64,000 bases of DNA from a virus. Both the position numbers and the translations under genes were made by a program. Each line of letters starts with the position of its first letter. Position 1 is the first letter of the stretch. The stretch lies in IMG/VR virus record IMGVR_UViG_3300045971_000385, positions 12,718 through 76,717 of that record. One strand, given 5' to 3'. This document shows, piece by piece, positions 38,896 through 48,195 of the stretch. The notes under the pieces were generated by a model. The model saw only the letters and a program-made list of their open reading frames with translations, was not told where the DNA came from and did no database searches.

Positions 38896-40305
38896 ATGAA
38901 AAGCTATAAACTTAGTCTTGTTGCATTAAGCGTCGCTTCTGCAATCTTAGTAACTGGTTGTGGAGGTGGAGGTGGAGGTGGAACTTCTGGCCCAGTAACT
39001 CCCCCAGTAGTCGTTACTCCCGCGCCGATAGTCACACTTTCTTTTGCATCACCAAAAGCTAACGTGGGAACCCCAGATGTTCTGACTTGGACATCATCAA
39101 ATGCTACATCTTGTACGGGATCAGATGGTTTGTCTGGATCATTGCTCACAGGAAATTCTACAACAATCACGCCAACAGTTGGTGGTGTTGCAAAATACAC
39201 AGTATCTTGCACTGGTGCTGGAGGTAGCACTTCGAAAACCGTGGAACTTGTTACGCCAATCCCAGTTCAGAAAACTTCGTATTTGAATTTTAAGACAGTT
39301 AATCTCCCTGCGCAGACTGCCCCAATTAGTTCTACTTTTGTTGCTAATGAAGCTGTTACTTCTGGAATCGCTTATGGCGACTTCTTCCAAGATGGAACAA
39401 TTTCAATGGTCGCTGCAACAAATGTGTTTAATGGGTCTGGAACATTCGGTTCAACTGATGCAGGTAGAATTTATTTCTTTCATACAGATGGCAAAGGTGG
39501 TTGGATAGACCAAACTGACAAAATTTTAAGTGCCAGTGATCGCACTGGATGTTTAAGTCCTCGTAAAGTTGTAGTGGCTGATTTTAATGGTGATGGAAAA
39601 CCCGATTCATTTATTGTATGTCACGGTATTGATGGTGATATTAAACCTGGATTTTCTCAAGGTGAGCATCCACGATATATCTTAAGTCAATCAGATGGTA
39701 CATACAAGAATATTGATGCTGGATTTAATTGTTATTGTCACGGTGCTGCGGCAGCAGATTTTAATGGTGATGGATTCGCTGATATTGTAGTTGCTAGTCC
39801 ACCGGTTTTAGGTCGTGTTGTTTATCTAAAAAATAATAAAGATGGAACTTTCACGGATTCTCCTTCACTAATACCAGCAAGCACATTTAATAAAAGTATT
39901 TGGTCAATGGAATTTGTTGATGTGAACAGCGATGGCAAATTTGATTTGGCTATGTATGGATCTGAACACGGTAATGGTACGCCAGGTGGAATTACCTGGG
40001 ATTGGCAGCCAACATTCTTTATTAATAGTGGAACAAATATCTTTTCAGATACTATGCAGCAAGTAAAAGCTCCATTTAGTTTAAATGGTGATGCTTTAGA
40101 TATTATTGTAGGTAATGGAAAAATTGCTTTCACTAGAGCTGATAATAATCCTACTAAGAAATACCAAGTTCAAATTTTATCTTATCCTTCAATGACGCAG
40201 CTGAGTGTTACAGATATCGGAGCACTTGATTCCCCTTGGTTCAATCTTTATAACGGGAATATTGTTGGAATGTGGACATACAATAATTATTCGATATCTT
40301 TCTAA
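38896..40305 (+). CDS. Lipoprotein with Ig-like domain and FG-GAP/VCBS repeats
   Basis: Signal peptide and lipobox LVTG-C followed by poly-Gly; ADFNGDGKPD, ADFNGDGFAD, VDVNSDGKFD. Confidence 0.85.
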   Translation: MKSYKLSLVALSVASAILVTGCGGGGGGGTSGPVTPPVVVTPAPIVTLSFASPKANVGTPDVLTWTSSNATSCTGSDGLSGSLLTGNSTTITPTVGGVAKYTVSCTGAGGSTSKTVELVTPIPVQKTSYLNFKTVNLPAQTAPISSTFVANEAVTSGIAYGDFFQDGTISMVAATNVFNGSGTFGSTDAGRIYFFHTDGKGGWIDQTDKILSASDRTGCLSPRKVVVADFNGDGKPDSFIVCHGIDGDIKPGFSQGEHPRYILSQSDGTYKNIDAGFNCYCHGAAAADFNGDGFADIVVASPPVLGRVVYLKNNKDGTFTDSPSLIPASTFNKSIWSMEFVDVNSDGKFDLAMYGSEHGNGTPGGITWDWQPTFFINSGTNIFSDTMQQVKAPFSLNGDALDIIVGNGKIAFTRADNNPTKKYQVQILSYPSMTQLSVTDIGALDSPWFNLYNGNIVGMWTYNNYSISF

Positions 40306-40316
40306 GATATTATTTT

Positions 40317-40346
40317 AAAATAAAGGACCTTCGGGTCCTTTATTTT
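40317..40346. terminator. Bidirectional intrinsic terminator with UUCG tetraloop
   Basis: AAAATAAAGGACC-TTCG-GGTCCTTTATTTT between convergent genes. Confidence 0.9.
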
Positions 40347-42745
40347 TGGTCCGGTAATTGAGGTCTTAAATATCCTTCATATGAATGACAGTGTTTGTTT
40401 CTCCACCAAGAAGCAGTATCACAATAAATTGCTTTATACAACTTCCAATCATATTTGTCACTGGGTAATAAATTAAAAGTATCTCTAACGAATACGGTAT
40501 CTATCACACGATCTAATTCTGAAGAACACATATCATCATCTGTTCCAAATAATTCTTCATTTATATTTTGCCTAAATGCGTTATATAAAACCACGTGACC
40601 ATCAGCATTATGATTATTAAGTGCGTGCATTTTCAACAACTCTAATGTTACGTCATTAAAAATAGTTTTAAATTTTGAAATATGCGATTTATTAATGAAA
40701 AACATATGGTCTCCCATTCCATATATTTCAGAATGTCTGAACTGATTAGTTTTAAATGGCATTTCGGATATTAAACATTTTTTAATATCTTCCTTACTTG
40801 TGCACCAATAAAATCCATCAGGTCTAACTATCACATACTTATTATAATCATTTGGCACATTATAGAAAATTTGCTGCCATAAATAAACCATCCTACAGAA
40901 ATTATTGATAGCTGATCCATCAGCATACACATTTCCAAATTCTGAATCCTTAATTACAAATGATTGCTTTATTCCAGCTTTCTTAATATAGTCATCCATT
41001 TTTTCTTGTCCCGCAGACTCCCAAGTTACTAAATAACGATCTGCTTCCCCCCAAATGGGTAATGACAATAAAGCAGCATCGTAATTTCTTAACATTCCAG
41101 AAATAACAACAGCAACTTTTTCGCTGTTAATACTCGTGTTCTTGACACCAACTTGTATATTCCATTTATCATTCATCGGCTCGCCATTATGATGAACAAT
41201 AGCATTTATTCTTTTTGCTTCTTCCCAATACCAAGAATGCTTAGCACACAATTCAATAGAATTTTCTTCGCCACTTTCGAATCTATGAATATCAAAACTA
41301 TTTAAACAATTTGGTGTAGGTAAAATATCTTTCACTATTGAATTAGTATATTCAAATAACCATTTATGAATATCGCCCTCAACAATTTTGCTTTTCCAAT
41401 TGTTAAACATATCTTCAGTTATTAATTTTTCAATATTTTCTTGAGAAGATAAAAATAAAAAATCGCCCAATGATTGATTATTAATATCAGACCAAGCTGT
41501 CAATAATGAAGAATTTGAAAAATTATTAAGATCGGTTTTAAATCCTGAAAATGTATCGACGTCATTAACGAAAATATCCGGTCTAACTATCATTATCCAA
41601 TCATAATGTTTCTTGGATTCCTTTATTAATTTAATACCATTAATCCACCGATTAATCATTTCTAAACCATAAGCTTTTGCCTCACCTAATTTTTCATCCT
41701 TTAAGTTACCTAAACTGATATTCACTGGTATTACAGGTAAAAGATCTTCCTTTATTTTGTCTAAATTAATATTTTGAAATACATCTACATTTAATCGTTT
41801 ATTTAATACGTGAGATGTATCCCAAGTACTAAAGTAAACGTCAACATCTGGATCATCTAAAAACTTCATAGTTTTTCTGCAAGTTTTAAATGTCCTATAT
41901 TCGCCAGAAATTAAAATTGCTACTCTAAATGTGTTTTCATATCTTTTAAAGAATCCTGAATCTCTGAGACTAAGAGCATCATTTACTATTTTTTCACCCC
42001 AAGCCGCAATTGGCCCATTAGTATCATTAAACTTTTCAACCCAATTTACTATTCCACAATCTCGCCATACGTCTTCAAGCTGCCTAACAGTCGCCCACGA
42101 ATCACCATCTTTTGCCATCGATCTGCAGAAGGATACTTTCTCCCATTCACAAAGTTGATTTAATTCAAAAAAAATTCCATTAATAAATGTCGTCCACCAT
42201 TTATGCCAATCTAATTCGTCTTCTTGATTTACCCACAGATCCACCGTTAAGGTTTCAGAAAGCTGCTTCATCTTGCCAAATGGCATTGCAAACATATTAT
42301 CTTGTAGAAATGGTGTGCTCCCAGAATGCCAAGCCACCCGCATTTCATTTTCTTTTATATCTAATAATGAATTCAAATTGAAATTATTCTCTATATTGAA
42401 GTACAGGTCTGGCCTCATCACTAGAACATAGTCGTATTCAATGCCAGAATTTTTGATCATCGCAAATCCCGACAGCCATCTATGAATCATTTTGTCGTTG
42501 TATCGACGAGATACAAAGCATTCTTCCGGCTCAATCAGAATAGTTGCAGGAATCTTTAGATCATTCCGAACTCCGTCTTCTGTGATTGTGTCATTTATAT
42601 CTAAATTTAATCGCTCATTCTTTACTATAGACTTGTCCCACGTGCTGACATATACGTCGACTCGTTCGTCATTAAGAAATGGCATTGTCTTTCGACAGAT
42701 TGGGAAAGTACGATACTCTCCGGAGATTAGGATTGCTATTTTCAT
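40340..42745 (-). CDS. Three-domain glycosyltransferase-like protein
   Basis: Three repeats of (I/V)A(I/V)(L/V)ISG..R..F/Y, (S/V)TW(D/E), Y(D/N)....RPD. Confidence 0.6.
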   Translation of the reverse strand: MKIAILISGEYRTFPICRKTMPFLNDERVDVYVSTWDKSIVKNERLNLDINDTITEDGVRNDLKIPATILIEPEECFVSRRYNDKMIHRWLSGFAMIKNSGIEYDYVLVMRPDLYFNIENNFNLNSLLDIKENEMRVAWHSGSTPFLQDNMFAMPFGKMKQLSETLTVDLWVNQEDELDWHKWWTTFINGIFFELNQLCEWEKVSFCRSMAKDGDSWATVRQLEDVWRDCGIVNWVEKFNDTNGPIAAWGEKIVNDALSLRDSGFFKRYENTFRVAILISGEYRTFKTCRKTMKFLDDPDVDVYFSTWDTSHVLNKRLNVDVFQNINLDKIKEDLLPVIPVNISLGNLKDEKLGEAKAYGLEMINRWINGIKLIKESKKHYDWIMIVRPDIFVNDVDTFSGFKTDLNNFSNSSLLTAWSDINNQSLGDFLFLSSQENIEKLITEDMFNNWKSKIVEGDIHKWLFEYTNSIVKDILPTPNCLNSFDIHRFESGEENSIELCAKHSWYWEEAKRINAIVHHNGEPMNDKWNIQVGVKNTSINSEKVAVVISGMLRNYDAALLSLPIWGEADRYLVTWESAGQEKMDDYIKKAGIKQSFVIKDSEFGNVYADGSAINNFCRMVYLWQQIFYNVPNDYNKYVIVRPDGFYWCTSKEDIKKCLISEMPFKTNQFRHSEIYGMGDHMFFINKSHISKFKTIFNDVTLELLKMHALNNHNADGHVVLYNAFRQNINEELFGTDDDMCSSELDRVIDTVFVRDTFNLLPSDKYDWKLYKAIYCDTASWWRNKHCHSYEGYLRPQLPDQK

Positions 42746-43306
42746 TTAATAAAAACCTTTTCCAAGCCCAGTCGCTTTAAGCGCCTCAGACAGTGCATGT
42801 TTATAATCGGTTTTATTTTTTGTTTCATCTGAAAGTTTTATTTTTGATATTAAATAATTAGTTGACTTTGATTCGTTATTTTCATAAAAATAAAAACCTA
42901 GCTTCTTATTCATTCTATCAGCCATAAATGAATATATTTCACGTTTTGTATTATATTCTTCATCAGAATTCGAATGATCTCTATTAGCTAAAAAAAAGAA
43001 AGCATCGTATTCATTAAATTTATCTGATAATCCATTTAGCACAGCACCATATACTTTTGCTGTTGACGATTTAGTTGTTCCACTATTAGTAGAAAAGGCT
43101 TTTTTGTCATCATCTATATCAGCTCTGTAGAAAGAAACTTCAGCAGTTCGTTTCCCAATTAGTTCCTTGAACCTATGATCTAGAGATTTTCTATCTATTT
43201 GAACATTAAATATGCCATCATTTATTTTAAATTGAGATAATTCAAACCTGCCGTTCCTCTGCCAAACTAATTGTTCAGTATGATCAAATATTTCCTGCAA
43301 TTTCAT
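42746..43306 (-). CDS. Hypothetical late protein (MKLQEIF N-terminus; start revised from 43321)
   Basis: GAGGT RBS; late box at 43344-43337. Confidence 0.7.
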   Translation of the reverse strand: MKLQEIFDHTEQLVWQRNGRFELSQFKINDGIFNVQIDRKSLDHRFKELIGKRTAEVSFYRADIDDDKKAFSTNSGTTKSSTAKVYGAVLNGLSDKFNEYDAFFFLANRDHSNSDEEYNTKREIYSFMADRMNKKLGFYFYENNESKSTNYLISKIKLSDETKNKTDYKHALSEALKATGLGKGFY

Positions 43307-43319
43307 AGGTTTAAACCTC

Positions 43320-43344
43320 AATAAATAGTTATACCGTATTTATA
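43320..43344. promoter_or_regulatory. Face-to-face late promoters
   Basis: AATAAATA (+, 43320-43327) and TATAAATA (-, 43344-43337). Confidence 0.65.
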
Positions 43345-43354
43345 AGAGATAATT

Positions 43355-44770
43355 ATGTCATCAAATCAAGATCGAATAGATAACCTGAAAAGAAAAGTTA
43401 TCAAAATTAATTCAGTATCCCCAACATTCTGTACAGCTAAATGGTTAACTTCAACCACTACATTGTATAACGGGTTTACACATTCGTGTCATCACCCATC
43501 AGCACATAAAATTAATATAGCTGATTTAAAAAAATCTGCTACCGCACTACATAATACTCCTACTAAAATAAAAGCACGTCAGGATATGTTGGATGGTGTT
43601 CAGACAAAAGAATGTGATTACTGTTGGAACATTGAGAATTTAGAAGGTGAACATTTTTCTGATCGACATTATAAAACGGCATCTGATGGACAGGGTATTT
43701 GGTCCAGGTTCCAAGAAGTAGTTGATGTTAAGCTTGGTGAAGATATGAACCCAAGTTATCTAGAAGTTGCATTTGAGAACACCTGCAATTTTAAATGCAC
43801 ATACTGTTCCCCGGATGTATCTTCTAAATGGATGGATGAAGTATCTAGACATGGCGGATTTAAATTAGCTAATGGAAATATTCACCATGATTTAGATTGG
43901 CAAAAACGTTCAGGTAAATTTCCAATTCACTACAAAGAAGATAATCCCTACATTAATAAATTCTGGGAATGGTGGCCAGAACTATATAAAACTTTACACA
44001 CATTCCGTATTACAGGTGGAGAACCTTTACTGTCAGAAAATACTTGGAAGATTTTAGATTACATTATTGATAATCCAAATCCAAATATGGATCTTAAAAT
44101 TAGTATCAATACTAATATGGGTATCCCGAGGAAGCTTGTTGAAAAATTAGTAGAGAAAATTAATTTAATCCAAGGTAAGTGCAGGGATATTTCTATTTTT
44201 ACTTCTGCAGAATCTGTAAAGGAACATGCAGAGTATTCTAGATTTGGTTTAGACTGGGAATTATATACTAGCAACATAAAGTATTTTATGGATCAAACCG
44301 CTAAACATAGAATTAGAATTAGCTTTATGACAACTGTAGATATTTTTGCATCTGCTTCATTTGATAAATTTCTAGAATATGTATGTGGAATTAGAAAGAT
44401 TTATGATACAAATAGATCTGATTCTTTAGTTGGATTCCATGTAGCTTATTTGAGATGGCCACATCACCAACAAATTACATTATTAGATCCAAAACAGAAA
44501 GAAATCTTTGGTCAAAAAATGAAAGATGTTATTGTTAAACTTACAGAGGGTGGATCTGATTTAAATGGAAATTTATACATTGAGGAAATCGACCAGATAG
44601 AAAGGTTAGTTGAATGGATGAATTCTGAAACACCCGCGCAAGAGGAATACATAAATTTTGTGAATGTGTTTGATGAAATGGATAGACGCCGAAACACGAA
44701 TCTTCTTAAAACATTTCCGCATTTGGATACTGTTTACAATATCGGACTAAACAATATTAACAAAAAGTAA
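43355..44770 (+). CDS. Radical SAM protein with N-terminal Twitch/SPASM-like Cys cluster
   Basis: CNFKCTYC (CxxxCxxC), TGGEPLL, FCTAKW..SCHH..ECDYCW. Confidence 0.9.
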   Translation: MSSNQDRIDNLKRKVIKINSVSPTFCTAKWLTSTTTLYNGFTHSCHHPSAHKINIADLKKSATALHNTPTKIKARQDMLDGVQTKECDYCWNIENLEGEHFSDRHYKTASDGQGIWSRFQEVVDVKLGEDMNPSYLEVAFENTCNFKCTYCSPDVSSKWMDEVSRHGGFKLANGNIHHDLDWQKRSGKFPIHYKEDNPYINKFWEWWPELYKTLHTFRITGGEPLLSENTWKILDYIIDNPNPNMDLKISINTNMGIPRKLVEKLVEKINLIQGKCRDISIFTSAESVKEHAEYSRFGLDWELYTSNIKYFMDQTAKHRIRISFMTTVDIFASASFDKFLEYVCGIRKIYDTNRSDSLVGFHVAYLRWPHHQQITLLDPKQKEIFGQKMKDVIVKLTEGGSDLNGNLYIEEIDQIERLVEWMNSETPAQEEYINFVNVFDEMDRRRNTNLLKTFPHLDTVYNIGLNNINKK

Positions 44771-44775
44771 CATTA

Positions 44776-44814
44776 ATTACTCCAGAGTAACACTTATAAT
44801 TACTCTGGAGTAAT
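44776..44814. repeat. 15-bp perfect inverted repeat with internally palindromic arms
   Basis: ATTACTCCAGAGTAA-9 nt-TTACTCTGGAGTAAT. Confidence 0.85.
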
Positions 44815-44874
44815 AAAACTGTTACACTCTTTTTGCAAATAACTGTGTACTTTACTCAGGTTGCATGTTATAAT
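44815..44874 (+). promoter_or_regulatory. Early promoter cassette
   Basis: AAAACTGTTACACTCTTTTTG; GTGTAC(44845)-N18-TATAAT(44869). Confidence 0.85.
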
Positions 44875-44906
44875 ATCATATAAATTGATTAAAGAGAGTT
44901 CTCAAA

Positions 44907-45188
44907 ATGACAGACTTCTTCACTACAAATGGCAAATCTGGATATCCTTTACCGATAGTTACATTTGAAGCGACATTTATTGATTATACAAACTCTGACA
45001 GTTCTAACAGATTTGCAAAAATGGTTAGAGCTGAAGTTTTAACAGTGAATATTAATTCTGGTACTATACGTGTCAGAATTTTTAAAGAAGATTTGCCTCC
45101 CGCTGGTCAAGTAATGAATCAAGGTAGAGATGCTCAGGATATTTCAGCTCAATATTTCTTTGATCAATTCAGCATCAAGAAAGACTAA
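44907..45188 (+). CDS. Hypothetical early protein, paralog of 45350..45601
   Basis: YPLPIV.FE..EVLTVNIN.G..RVRI..FFDQF. Confidence 0.8.
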   Translation: MTDFFTTNGKSGYPLPIVTFEATFIDYTNSDSSNRFAKMVRAEVLTVNINSGTIRVRIFKEDLPPAGQVMNQGRDAQDISAQYFFDQFSIKKD

Positions 45189-45189
45189 A

Positions 45190-45363
45190 ATGTCAAACTA
45201 TATTGAGTATCAAGTGGCGAAGTTGGCACTACCAAAATGTCCAGAAGATATAATGTCTATCCAGATAGTTTCTGGAAGTACAAAGACCAATTTTATTAAT
45301 ATTTCCGAAGAAGAATTAAATCAAATTGCAGCTATTTTAGTAAAGCGCTATGATGAAAAATAA
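45190..45363 (+). CDS. Small hypothetical protein (start revised from 45130)
   Basis: ATG 1 nt after the previous stop. Confidence 0.6.
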   Translation: MSNYIEYQVAKLALPKCPEDIMSIQIVSGSTKTNFINISEEELNQIAAILVKRYDEK

Positions 45364-45601
45364 ACCAAAATATCCGTTGCCGATAGTTCTTTTTGAAAGT
45401 TATGAAAATCTTCCGAGATTTCCAGGTGAAGAACAGCGTAGAGGTAATATTCTTCTTAAAGGTGAAGTTTTAACAGTTAATATAAATGCCGGTTCAATGC
45501 GAGTCAGAATTCTTGATGGTGAAATTGCTGCTGGAACAAGGGATGTTAGTGCTTCATTTTTCTTTGATCAATTCTATATAAAAGATAAAAATGTCATATA
45601 A
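45350..45601 (+). CDS. Hypothetical early protein, paralog of 44907..45188
   Basis: Same motif as 44907. Confidence 0.8.
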   Translation: MMKNKPKYPLPIVLFESYENLPRFPGEEQRRGNILLKGEVLTVNINAGSMRVRILDGEIAAGTRDVSASFFFDQFYIKDKNVI

Positions 45602-45926
45602 GCTTTTTATAGATGATGAACGATTTCCTCCAGGTTCTCAGCATCAGTGGATGATTGCTCGTTCTTCTGAAGAAGCAATTCGTATTGTTAGTTTACTTGG
45701 CATGCCAGAATTTATCAGCTTCGATCATGATTTAGGTGGAGATGATACTTCAATTGTTTTTGTTAAGTGGATGATTGAATGGGTTCTTGATTGTATAGAA
45801 CAGGGTTGTGAAGATAAAATAAAATTGAGCTATTATGTTCATAGCCAAAATCCGGTTGGTAAGAAAAATATTGAAGGATTAATGGATTCCTTTTTAGAAT
45901 TTATTGATGATCGTAGAGTGAAATGA
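45591..45926 (+). CDS. Cyclic-phosphate-processing receiver-domain protein
   Basis: LFIDDER, ISFDHDLG, VHSQNPVG. Confidence 0.8.
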   Translation: MSYKLFIDDERFPPGSQHQWMIARSSEEAIRIVSLLGMPEFISFDHDLGGDDTSIVFVKWMIEWVLDCIEQGCEDKIKLSYYVHSQNPVGKKNIEGLMDSFLEFIDDRRVK

Positions 45927-46183
45927 GATCAGAATTTCAAAATGGCTATTGGATTTTATGTGGTGGAATTATTCCTAAGCGAGATGTAAAAATTGGACAG
46001 AAATGGTTTGCTTCTGAAACCTCTACTCCAGTTACAGTTACACAAATTACAGATGACAATGAGTGGGTAACTTACGAAAGTTCGATTCAACCATCTCATG
46101 AGAAAGATAATTTTTCTTTTCAATGTCGATATTGTTTAGTACTAGAATCTGCTGAAGTTCCGTTGGAGTATCGAAATGTTTAA
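45923..46183 (+). CDS. Hypothetical protein
   Basis: ATGA coupling. Confidence 0.65.
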   Translation: MRSEFQNGYWILCGGIIPKRDVKIGQKWFASETSTPVTVTQITDDNEWVTYESSIQPSHEKDNFSFQCRYCLVLESAEVPLEYRNV

Positions 46184-46313
46184 GTGGTTAAAATGGTATT
46201 TTGTTACAACTAAACAATGTGAACATAACAAAACCCAATGGTACATGATAAATTGTGGAATGGGCAAAGCAGAATATTGTGATGACTGTGGTAAATGTAT
46301 AAGAATAATTTAA
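46176..46313 (+). CDS. Small Zn-binding peptide (45 aa, not in the ORF track)
   Basis: MFKWLKWYFVTTKQCEH...YCDDCGKCIRII*; GGAG RBS; fills the gap exactly. Confidence 0.6.
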   Translation: MFKWLKWYFVTTKQCEHNKTQWYMINCGMGKAEYCDDCGKCIRII

Positions 46314-46325
46314 GAAAGAAATAAA

Positions 46326-47447
46326 ATGATCAAAATTAATAACATCAATGAATTCCGCGAACAAGTAAAGCATCGCGAAGAAATCCGTGAAAACACTATA
46401 GGCAGAGATTTAAATTCTTTTTGCTATATGATCTCTTCAGAAGGTACTTTTGACAATAATGCTTTGCGTGAATGCCGTGGTATTGTTTTCAATACTGTAA
46501 CAGGTCAAGTAGTATCTCGTCCACTACATAAATTCTTCAATGTAAATGAACGCGCTGAAACTCGAGTTGAAAATCTTGATTGGTCTAAAGTTACTCGTGT
46601 TATGGACAAACGTGATGGTTCCATGATTCATACTGTTATTACTGATGATGGTTTTAAGTTGAAGTCTAAGAAGACTTTTGATTCTGAAGTTGCTAAGTCT
46701 GCTTCTGCATGGCTTGAAACTCCAGAAGGTGCTTCAGCAAAGCGTGTATGTCAGTATGCAACTTCGCATAATCTTACTGCTATTTTTGAGTGGACAGCCC
46801 CAGATGCACGAATCGTTCTTTTCTACCCAGAAAAGAAATTGACTCTGTTACATATCCGCGACAATGTTACTGGTGATTATTTTCCATATCATAAATTGGA
46901 ACTGATAAAGTCAATGACTGATGTTGAAATAGTGTTTGATTTAGTTACTGAATATGGTGTCACTGGAACTGATTTGCTAGAACAAGCAAAAACTGAAGAA
47001 GGTATTGAAGGTTGGGTAGTTCAGTTCGAAGATGGTAACATGGTAAAAATCAAAACTGATTGGTATATGCTGCGTCACCGCGCTATGACTTTCATTCGTG
47101 AACGTGATATCGCTATGCTTGCTATCGAAGAAGGTTTGGATGACATGAAGGCAATGTTAGTTGGCGATGGTATTGATATCTCTGATATCCTTAATATCGA
47201 AAATGATGTTGTAACTGTTTTGAATGTTCTTGCTCATTCAGTTGATACTATTGTTCAAGAAGATGGGCGAATGATTCGTAAAGACTTTGCTATTAAGCAT
47301 AAAGAACATCCGCATTTTGGTTTGCTTATGGCAAAGTTTGTAGGTCATGATCCAGACTTCAAGGCATATTTTGAAAAGAATGTACTTCGTGAACGTTATA
47401 CTCTGCGCCAATTGGTACTAGTACCTTCTGTTGCAGAAGTTGATTAA
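46326..47447 (+). CDS. rnlA: RNA ligase, T4 Rnl1 family
   Basis: RECRG, HKFFN, KRDGS (motif I), FEW, EGWVV, VKIK. Confidence 0.92.
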   Translation: MIKINNINEFREQVKHREEIRENTIGRDLNSFCYMISSEGTFDNNALRECRGIVFNTVTGQVVSRPLHKFFNVNERAETRVENLDWSKVTRVMDKRDGSMIHTVITDDGFKLKSKKTFDSEVAKSASAWLETPEGASAKRVCQYATSHNLTAIFEWTAPDARIVLFYPEKKLTLLHIRDNVTGDYFPYHKLELIKSMTDVEIVFDLVTEYGVTGTDLLEQAKTEEGIEGWVVQFEDGNMVKIKTDWYMLRHRAMTFIRERDIAMLAIEEGLDDMKAMLVGDGIDISDILNIENDVVTVLNVLAHSVDTIVQEDGRMIRKDFAIKHKEHPHFGLLMAKFVGHDPDFKAYFEKNVLRERYTLRQLVLVPSVAEVD

Positions 47448-47448
47448 C

Positions 47449-48195
47449 ATGACTGAAACATTATTCGATGTTTACATGCGCTCAAAGGAAGAAGCTCTAG
47501 AGCTAGCCTTTGAGATGCAGAGTAAAGAGTGTCCATATGAAAAGGATATTCTTCAAATATGGTCAGCGACTTTAGGTACAGATCTTCAAACATCTTATGC
47601 ACGCAGTAGATGGGCAACTCGAGAAGAAATAGCAACTCGAAAATATAAGATGGGTTTTAGTTCAGCAAATCGATTTACATTTGATTGGCTAGATGCACTT
47701 TATGACCCTAAAACTTTTAAACAGATTCCAAATATTACAGGTAAAAGAATGTTAAACGGCTACGTAAAAATTTCAGATTTAAATAGCAACACTGTTTATT
47801 ACATTATTGAAAATGTTTTCAATAAAACATTTCATGCAGATGCTAAAGTCTTCTTGGAATGTCCGATGATGATGCGGGTTGAACATTCTGATTTTGTTAT
47901 CGTTAAGGGAAATGAATTTCTTAAAACAAGAATTCAGTTAACGGATATGGTTGAAAAATGCCTAGCTGGTAGTGTCAAAAACCCGAAAGAATTAAAGTCG
48001 GATATTGTTAAGGTTGAGGAATATAGAGGTTGGAAGATTTCAATTAAAGACAATTTTAATTATCCAACTTATAAATTTGAGTGGAATATTACTAAAGGGG
48101 TACTCAATTTCAATGATCCTACTTCTGCACAAAATATCGAAACTTCTGTTCTCTGGGCAAAAGAACGAATTGATTATTTTGAGGATGAGCAATGA
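47449..48195 (+). CDS. Hypothetical protein (start revised from 47431)
   Basis: ATG 1 nt after the previous stop. Confidence 0.7.
   Translation: MTETLFDVYMRSKEEALELAFEMQSKECPYEKDILQIWSATLGTDLQTSYARSRWATREEIATRKYKMGFSSANRFTFDWLDALYDPKTFKQIPNITGKRMLNGYVKISDLNSNTVYYIIENVFNKTFHADAKVFLECPMMMRVEHSDFVIVKGNEFLKTRIQLTDMVEKCLAGSVKNPKELKSDIVKVEEYRGWKISIKDNFNYPTYKFEWNITKGVLNFNDPTSAQNIETSVLWAKERIDYFEDEQ

Noticed and set aside
38961-38982. (GGAGGT)n tract as a phase-variation switch
   Set aside because: The unit is a multiple of 3 encoding the poly-Gly linker, so slippage would keep the frame
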